DNA from: Parachlamydiales bacterium | GTDB taxonomy: Bacteria; Chlamydiota; Chlamydiia; Chlamydiales; SM23-39 | Reading direction: 5' to 3' | Length of the DNA stretch: 64,000 nucleotides | NCBI GenBank assembly: GCA_016931275.1 | Contig: JAFGFA010000009.1 | Coordinates: 7,513 to 71,512 of the forward strand | Shown: positions 57,805 to 64,000 of the stretch, piece after piece | Numbering within the stretch: the first letter of the stretch is position 1 | Layout of the letters: each line of letters opens with the position of its first letter | The notes under the pieces: generated by a model | The model's database searches: none | What the model was told of the DNA's origin: nothing | The model's input: the letters and a program-made list of their open reading frames with translations, nothing else | Made by a program: the position numbers and the translations under genes

Positions 57805-59643
57805 TTAAGGAAGGTTCGAAATCTTCAAGCCAATCTTTTCCAATTCCGGATACAAAATGCCTAATTCCTGAGGAAAGATAATATATCCCGCATAGGTAAT
57901 CTCCAAAAAAACCGATTCAAAAAAAAGACTTTTATTTAAATAAGGATGGAGAATGCGTAAAAAATCTTCCAACAATTTAGAACGAGCTCCTAAACTGGGA
58001 TACGTGAATACAAAAAACGCCGATTCATTATACATCATCATCTCGGGAAAAGAATAAGACGTTCTTTTCGCGGCATCTAAAGCCAACAAAAAGAGCCTAT
58101 GGATCTCCATTTTATAACGAAAAAGAGCTTCTACCGGCCTTATTGCATAAAAAAACTTTTCCACAAAAAGCTCTTTTCCTTTTACAAAATCCTTCACGTT
58201 TCTTTTAAAAGATTCGTAAGCCTGATTTTGCTTGAAGATCATCCCTCCATTATAGTCCCTTAGATCCTGAAATAAACGAAGAAGCTCTGCATAAGCCTCT
58301 TGCCGCGCTTTATGAATGTCTAAAGAATGGTCCTCCCTCAGATAAGGAGCTGCCGGCAAAAGAAGGCGAAAGACAAGAACCTCTTTGGGATATTTCTTTC
58401 GCACTTTTCCAACAACACGGCTTCTCTCTAAGACAATTTTATAGACTGATTTTTTCGCACTTAGTATTTCTTCTACAGAAGGAACAGAAGGCTTGACTAT
58501 GCGCGCTAATATGATGCTAAACCCTATTTCCTGATCATTTTGCTGATCAAACTGAATGATGACTTGGGGAATATCGTCGACATATTTTAACTCATCTGCA
58601 AGAACGGAAATATTTTTGAGGATTTCTTCTTCATTTCTCGGCATAAAAATCGGATGAATTAATTTCTCGATTTCCGCCATTGCATAAACGGGCAACTCCA
58701 TTCGCAACTTCTGTATCTCCTTTTCATGAAAAGGCATTCCGTTCCTCTCTACTTCCAAATATATGGTATGAATTCCGTTTAATGACGATTTATCCTCGTA
58801 ATAAGAATGAATCAAGGGATGAAGAGAAGGATCCACTTTTTGTAGGGCTCTTAAAAAATGCTCCCGATCAAAAACCTCATTTTTCTGAAGCATCCAGGAA
58901 AACAAAATCGCTAAAACGCTTTTTTTATTTTTTCCATCCTGTACGCCATTTTTCAAAAATTTCATGAGATGATGGCGAATCAAAGAATTTTTTTTAATCT
59001 TCTGCTCCAGCAATTTCTGCATGATAAAAAGGGTAAAGATCACTCGACTAACATGATAAGGTTCTCTTTGCTCGATAAAATCAGAGGAGACATGGACTAA
59101 AAAACGACGCATATAATCCATAATTTCCGATCCAAAATCTTTGGAATGTCCTCTCATAAGATGTGCAATTTTTTCTTGAATCAGATACGAGCGATTATCA
59201 ACACCCAGCGGCTTAAATCCCAAAACCTCTTCCGCTTCTTTTTCTCCTTGAAGTCCAAAAATCAGCTCCTCTTCTATCATAGACTTTATTCGGATCATCT
59301 GATCTGCTTCTTCTTCGTTTTCCATCTCAATTGTTATAGAAAAATAACACAAGGAATTTTTGCGATCTTCTACAGAAAAACGACACATGGACCATGCCGT
59401 CAAAGATCGTTTATATTGAGGAGTCAGCAATAAACGATGACGCAACGTATAAGAGATAAAAGAAAGGAGATGTTCTTTGTAAGGAGCAATACCCTCTATC
59501 TCTAAAACCTTTCTGTTACGATTCCATATAATAAAAGGAATCAAATCGGAAGAAAGTTCCTGATCGTTTTTCTCGAGGAGATTCACTATAAAAGGATAAA
59601 AATGATCCGGCGCGTGAATTTCTTTTAGAACAATGCCGCCCAT
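57805..59643 (-). CDS. hypothetical protein (612 aa), translationally coupled to the upstream kinase gene
   Basis: Long uninterrupted ORF. Its ATG overlaps the aspartokinase stop (TAATG at 59641-59645). No motif recognised. Confidence 0.6.
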   Translation of the reverse strand: MGGIVLKEIHAPDHFYPFIVNLLEKNDQELSSDLIPFIIWNRNRKVLEIEGIAPYKEHLLSFISYTLRHRLLLTPQYKRSLTAWSMCRFSVEDRKNSLCYFSITIEMENEEEADQMIRIKSMIEEELIFGLQGEKEAEEVLGFKPLGVDNRSYLIQEKIAHLMRGHSKDFGSEIMDYMRRFLVHVSSDFIEQREPYHVSRVIFTLFIMQKLLEQKIKKNSLIRHHLMKFLKNGVQDGKNKKSVLAILFSWMLQKNEVFDREHFLRALQKVDPSLHPLIHSYYEDKSSLNGIHTIYLEVERNGMPFHEKEIQKLRMELPVYAMAEIEKLIHPIFMPRNEEEILKNISVLADELKYVDDIPQVIIQFDQQNDQEIGFSIILARIVKPSVPSVEEILSAKKSVYKIVLERSRVVGKVRKKYPKEVLVFRLLLPAAPYLREDHSLDIHKARQEAYAELLRLFQDLRDYNGGMIFKQNQAYESFKRNVKDFVKGKELFVEKFFYAIRPVEALFRYKMEIHRLFLLALDAAKRTSYSFPEMMMYNESAFFVFTYPSLGARSKLLEDFLRILHPYLNKSLFFESVFLEITYAGYIIFPQELGILYPELEKIGLKISNLP

Positions 59644-60437
59644 TATACTATTTCCTCAAAAAGAATAGGCGGTCTTTCTTGCGAACAGGTCTCTCCAATC
59701 ATCGTTCCACAGAATTCCTTCTCTGCCTCTTTAAAAAAATTTCTATAAGAGCGAACATGCATAGGAAGAGAATTTTTTTGAGCAAGAACGATAGACCGTC
59801 TATGCAATACTTGGGCTCCGGCATCAATGACTTTCAACGCTTCTTCATAAGACAATTTTTTAAAAAAAACGGCCTGGGTATTTTTTTTAGGATCTTCCGA
59901 ATAAATTCCCAAAACATCTTTGAAAAATTCCACTTTTTCTGCCTGTAATGCTACAGCCAGAGCAACAGCGCTTGTATCAGAACCTCCTCGTCCCAACGTG
60001 GTAACCTCTTTTTCTCGGCTCACTCCTTGAAATCCCGCTATAATTACGATTCTCCCTTCCTCTAAATGAGACAATAATCGAATAGGACGCACATCGATAA
60101 TCTTACCATCTTGATGATCAGAAGAAGTAATAATGCCTGCTTGAGATCCTGTAAAGCTAATAGCCTCTTTTCCTTTAGCATGGAGAGCCATGGCTAAAAG
60201 GCTCATGCTGATTCTTTCTCCTGCCGTAAATAACATATCTTTTTCTCTTTTAGGGGGTTGAGGATGAATTTTCCCTGCAAGATTCAAAAGCTCGTCCGTC
60301 ATCTCTCCCATAGCGCTGACAACAACGACAATAGCGGAATATTTCTTCTGACGATAAATAATAATATCCGCTGCATGCAAAATTTTTTTAGGAGTCGATA
60401 GACTATCTCCTCCGAATTTCATCACTAATATTTTCAT
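59643..60437 (-). CDS. aspartate kinase catalytic domain only (no ACT domains)
   Basis: KFGGDSL, VVVVSAMGEMTDELL, GERISMSLLAMAL, LGRGGSDTSAVALAVAL. The protein ends about 20 aa after the GTMI motif, at 264 aa. Confidence 0.85.
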   Translation of the reverse strand: MKILVMKFGGDSLSTPKKILHAADIIIYRQKKYSAIVVVVSAMGEMTDELLNLAGKIHPQPPKREKDMLFTAGERISMSLLAMALHAKGKEAISFTGSQAGIITSSDHQDGKIIDVRPIRLLSHLEEGRIVIIAGFQGVSREKEVTTLGRGGSDTSAVALAVALQAEKVEFFKDVLGIYSEDPKKNTQAVFFKKLSYEEALKVIDAGAQVLHRRSIVLAQKNSLPMHVRSYRNFFKEAEKEFCGTMIGETCSQERPPILFEEIV

Positions 60438-60617
60438 ATGATGAAGAGGTGTAAGATAATTTCATCAAAGATTGCTTATATCAAAAGGAAAAAAAATATG
60501 CATCAAATCTTTTTTCTATACCAAACTTCAAAAATCCATTAAACAGTTTATTATTGCCTTTTTGTCTCTCTATTTGTTACACTTTCGGTAAAACAAATTA
60601 ACAGGAGCTGATCTTAA

Positions 60618-62327
60618 ATGACAAAACCTCAATATGATTGGAGCAATCAAACCCTCTTAGATAATGAACCCTTCCTAGAAAAGGATGCTGCCGAATTTCA
60701 ATCTCTTCTTTTTGGCCAAGAAAAAATCCCTTCTGAAGATATTTCTTCTCAAATGATCGCTGGAACTCTGATCACTGGAAAAATTGTAGAAATTACCAAA
60801 GATTTTGCTATTGTCGATGTCGGTCTAAAATCGGAAGGTCTAGTTGCTGTCTCAGAATTTGTTAATCCCAAAGAACTGAAACTCGGCAAGGTCATTGAAC
60901 TTCTTCTTGACAAAACAGAAGACGAAGAGGGGCAAATTGTCCTTTCTCTCGAAAAAGCTCGACGACAAAAACACTGGGATCATATTATCAACAACTGTAC
61001 CGAAGGCTCTATTATCGAAGGAAGAGTCATTCGCAAGGTAAAAGGTGGATTGATTGTAGACATCGGAGTGGAAGCATTTCTTCCGGGCTCGCAAATCGAC
61101 AATAAAAGAATTAAAAATCTTGATGATTTATTAGGACAGACTTTCAACGTTAAGATCCTGAAAATCAACATAGAGCGAAAAAACATCGTTGTTTCCCGTC
61201 GTGAACTTCTCGAAGAAGAAAAAGCTTATCGAAAAACAGAAGTATTAGAACATCTGAAAGTCGGAGAAATCGTTAAAGGTGTTGTAAAAAACGTGACAGA
61301 TTTTGGAGCTTTCATTGAACTGGAAGGAGGCATTGATGGTCTTCTCCATATTACAGATATGACATGGAAAAGAATACGACATCCTTCAGAAATAGTCAAA
61401 ATAGGCGATATATTGGAAGTAATGATCCTTAGTATTGATCATGAAAAAGGACGTGTTGCTCTAGGGCTCAAGCAAAAAGAGGAAAATCCTTGGGAGCTTG
61501 TAGAAAAAAAATATCCGCCAGGAACCAAAGTACAAGGAAAAATTGTTAATCTTCTTCCCTATGGCGCTTTTTTAGAAATTGAAGATGGTATCGAAGGTCT
61601 TATTCATGTTTCGGAAATGTCTTGGACAAAAAATATCACCGATCCCAATGAAGTCGTTAAGGTAGGCGATGTTGTTGACGCTATTGTTTTATCGATCCAA
61701 AAAGACGAGGGAAAAATTTCTTTGGGAATCAAGCAAACCCAAAAAAATCCTTGGGAAGGTATTGAACAAAAATTTCCTGTTGGATCGATCCTTAAAGTAA
61801 AAGTGCGAAACTTCACCAATTTTGGCGCATTCGTAGAAGTTGATTCAGGAGTAGAGGGCTTGATTCATATTTCTGATCTTAGCTGGATCAAAAAAGTGTC
61901 TCATCCTTCAGAAATTCTTCAAAAAGGCGACGAAGTGGAAGCAAAGGTTCTTTCCGTCGATTCTGAAAGCAAAAAGATTACACTGGGATTGAAACAACTT
62001 ACGCAAAATCCTTGGGAAACAATTGAAAAAGAAATGCCGGTAGGATCCATTGTAAAAGGAACCGTAGCCAAAACAACCGCTTTTGGAATTTTTGTGCAAC
62101 TGGAAAACGGCATAGAAGCTTTAGTCCACGTAACAGATATATCTGATCAACCATTTGGCAAGGTGGAAGATGTTGTCTCTATCGGGGCTCCTATTGAGGC
62201 AAAGGTTATTAAACTTGATCCTCAACATAAAAAAATTGCCCTCTCTATTAAAGATTTTTTAATCGAGAATAATAAAGTAAATCGCGATGATATCATCGTG
62301 GGAAAGGAACCGAAGAGAAAATCCTAA
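60618..62327 (+). CDS. rpsA: 30S ribosomal protein S1
   Basis: Six S1 repeats (G..V.G.V......GAFV.....EGL.H.S). Confidence 0.95.
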   Translation: MTKPQYDWSNQTLLDNEPFLEKDAAEFQSLLFGQEKIPSEDISSQMIAGTLITGKIVEITKDFAIVDVGLKSEGLVAVSEFVNPKELKLGKVIELLLDKTEDEEGQIVLSLEKARRQKHWDHIINNCTEGSIIEGRVIRKVKGGLIVDIGVEAFLPGSQIDNKRIKNLDDLLGQTFNVKILKINIERKNIVVSRRELLEEEKAYRKTEVLEHLKVGEIVKGVVKNVTDFGAFIELEGGIDGLLHITDMTWKRIRHPSEIVKIGDILEVMILSIDHEKGRVALGLKQKEENPWELVEKKYPPGTKVQGKIVNLLPYGAFLEIEDGIEGLIHVSEMSWTKNITDPNEVVKVGDVVDAIVLSIQKDEGKISLGIKQTQKNPWEGIEQKFPVGSILKVKVRNFTNFGAFVEVDSGVEGLIHISDLSWIKKVSHPSEILQKGDEVEAKVLSVDSESKKITLGLKQLTQNPWETIEKEMPVGSIVKGTVAKTTAFGIFVQLENGIEALVHVTDISDQPFGKVEDVVSIGAPIEAKVIKLDPQHKKIALSIKDFLIENNKVNRDDIIVGKEPKRKS

Positions 62328-62362
62328 GAAGGATTTTTTGATAACATTCTAAAGGTTTTATT

Positions 62363-63640
62363 ATGAATAAAGATCTCATAGCTATTTTTGAATACCTTGA
62401 AAGAGAAAAAGGTATCAAAAGAGAATTAGTTGTCCAAGCAATCAAAGAGGCTGTTATTGCTGCTGCAGAAAAAAGCTTACACAATTCTGGTAATGTCAAT
62501 GTTTATATCGACGAAAAAACAGGAGATCTCGATGTCTTCGTGGAAAAAACCATTGTCTCTCAAGTCAATGACCCTAACACAGAAATTTCCCTTAACGATG
62601 CTAAAGAACTTGCCGCAGAATCCCAATTAGGACAGCGCATTGAGCTCTCAGTAAATCCCTCCTTTTTCGGCCGTATTGCCGCTAAAACTGCGCGGCAGTT
62701 GATTACTCAGAGAATAAAAGGAGCGGAACGAGATGTTATTTATGAAGAATTTCGGCATAGGCTTCATGAAATTGTATCGGGAAAAATCAAACGATTTGCT
62801 CGCGGAAGAACAATGATCGTCGATTTAGGAAAAGTTGAGGCTATTCTTTTTGACCGAAACTATCCTATCACAGAAAAATATCAAGTAGGTGATCGTGTAC
62901 AGGCTCTTTTATGGGAAGTTCGAGATACGGACATTGGAGGCGCTGAAGTTATTCTAACCCGTTCTCATCCTGAATTTGTTGCGGCATTATTTCAACAAGA
63001 GGTTCCTGAATTGGAAGACGGATTAGTCACAATTGAAAAAACTGTTCGCGAAGCGGGATATCGGACAAAAATTGCTGTCGCTTCTCATGATCCCAAGGTG
63101 GATCCTGTCGGCACTTGTGTTGGTGTAAGAGGAACTCGCATCAAAAATATCATTCGTGAAATTCATAATGAAAAAATCGATGTGATCCCTTATTCTGAAG
63201 ATCCCATACAATTATTGCATAATGCCCTAGAACCAATTGAAGTCAAGCGTCTAAAAAGCACTGATGAAGGGATTACGCTAATCATCAACGATGAGGATTA
63301 TCCAACGGTCATTGGCAAAAAAGGTCAAAATGCTCGGTTGCTCTCACGTTTAATTGAAAAAGAAATCACGATTCAAAAAATTAGTGATTATCAAAAGTTG
63401 GTTACAGTCCAAATGGCAGAACTTGGAGATTCTAATGATCCTGACTTAGATGCTCCTCTTCATTTAGAAGGAATGAGCTCTTTAATCGTAGAAAGCCTTA
63501 AAAGTGCCGGTTACGATACCTTGCGAAAAATTCTTCAGGCAAAACCGATAGATTTAATGGCAGCTGTACCTGGTTTGAATTATTTAGATTTATCCGACAA
63601 AATCTTTGAACAGCGAGGTACTTCTTGGCCAAAGACCTAA
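62363..63640 (+). CDS. nusA: transcription termination/antitermination factor NusA
   Basis: N-terminus LIAIFEYLEREKGI, S1 domain, KH domains (DPVGTCVGVRGTRIKNI). Confidence 0.95.
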   Translation: MNKDLIAIFEYLEREKGIKRELVVQAIKEAVIAAAEKSLHNSGNVNVYIDEKTGDLDVFVEKTIVSQVNDPNTEISLNDAKELAAESQLGQRIELSVNPSFFGRIAAKTARQLITQRIKGAERDVIYEEFRHRLHEIVSGKIKRFARGRTMIVDLGKVEAILFDRNYPITEKYQVGDRVQALLWEVRDTDIGGAEVILTRSHPEFVAALFQQEVPELEDGLVTIEKTVREAGYRTKIAVASHDPKVDPVGTCVGVRGTRIKNIIREIHNEKIDVIPYSEDPIQLLHNALEPIEVKRLKSTDEGITLIINDEDYPTVIGKKGQNARLLSRLIEKEITIQKISDYQKLVTVQMAELGDSNDPDLDAPLHLEGMSSLIVESLKSAGYDTLRKILQAKPIDLMAAVPGLNYLDLSDKIFEQRGTSWPKT

Positions 63641-64000
63641 AAATTAAGATCAAAAACACACAAATTGCAGAAGCACTAAAATTTACTACGCAAAAGAAAA
63701 AAACAACAGCGACGAAGAAAAAACTTTCCAAGACGGACGTATCTTCCATTGTTTCCGAAGAAAGTGAAAAAACTTCTAAGAGAAAAGTGCGGCTTCTCCC
63801 TTCAAAAGAAGAGCCAAAAGAAAAAAAACAACAAGCACCTTCTTCACAAAAAATAGAAGAATCTTCTATCCATGAAAAAATCCCTCTTTCCTCTCAAGAA
63901 ACTTCACTGGTAGAAGAAAAAATATCTTCTTCTTCTCAAGAAGAACTCTCTCCAAAACCTTCTTCATCGACCTCAGCAGAAAAAACACCCCAACCGATCC
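63625..64000 (+). CDS. infB: translation initiation factor IF-2, N-terminal part (runs off the window)
   Basis: Own translation from the TTG at 63625: (M)AKDLKIKIKNTQIAEALKFTTQKKKTTATKKKLSK.., a Lys/Ser/Glu-rich N-terminal region as in chlamydial IF-2. The frame opens only at 63610, so TTG is the only available start. GAGG lies 7 nt upstream. It overlaps the nusA end by 16 nt. Confidence 0.75.
   Translation, partial: MAKDLKIKIKNTQIAEALKFTTQKKKTTATKKKLSKTDVSSIVSEESEKTSKRKVRLLPSKEEPKEKKQQAPSSQKIEESSIHEKIPLSSQETSLVEEKISSSSQEELSPKPSSSTSAEKTPQPI

Noticed and set aside
1-64000. CRISPR arrays, rRNA genes, group II introns or reverse transcriptases, and prophage structural genes.
   Set aside because: No regularly spaced 25-40 bp repeats, no rRNA-like conserved blocks, and no RT (YxDD) or phage hallmark motifs were seen in any listed ORF or spacer.

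Overview
AT-rich bacterial window. Inferred source is an environmental, Parachlamydia-like member of the Chlamydiota. The evidence is Chlamydiaceae-like synteny (rpe-efp-accB-accC and rpsA-nusA-infB), a very long LepB, type-2 IleRS, a TyrP-like permease and a secreted ankyrin protein. About 60 genes are supported, plus tmRNA, tRNA-Val and tRNA-Asp. No CRISPR array, rRNA, transposase or integrase was seen.

Main candidates, in order:
1) A roughly 12.4 kb co-directional minus-strand gene string (45275-57650). It joins a TetR-controlled TolC/MFP/RND pump directly to a three-gene NHLP-type bacteriocin exporter: HlyD-like adaptor, C39-peptidase ABC transporter, and a second ABC transporter with a cNMP-like domain. 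No precursor peptide or maturation enzyme is in the window. Both adaptors lack the alpha-hairpin.
2) A 1.3 kb islet bounded by a 26-bp direct repeat of the ssrA 3' end. It carries only a class-II Fic AMPylase-type gene with a perfect 13-bp palindrome in front, and no integrase.
3) Downstream of that islet, a decaying accessory tract (25.6-30 kb) with truncated and frameshifted genes and a second pair of 27-bp direct repeats.
4) An aspartokinase without ACT domains, translationally coupled (TAATG) to a 612-aa orphan protein.

The window also encodes two further envelope-export clusters (LolA-like/FtsX/beta-barrel, and YbhGFSR-like plus a NodT-type outer membrane factor) and a plant/fungal-type P3A H+-ATPase. 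All family calls come from reading motifs by eye. No database search was run.
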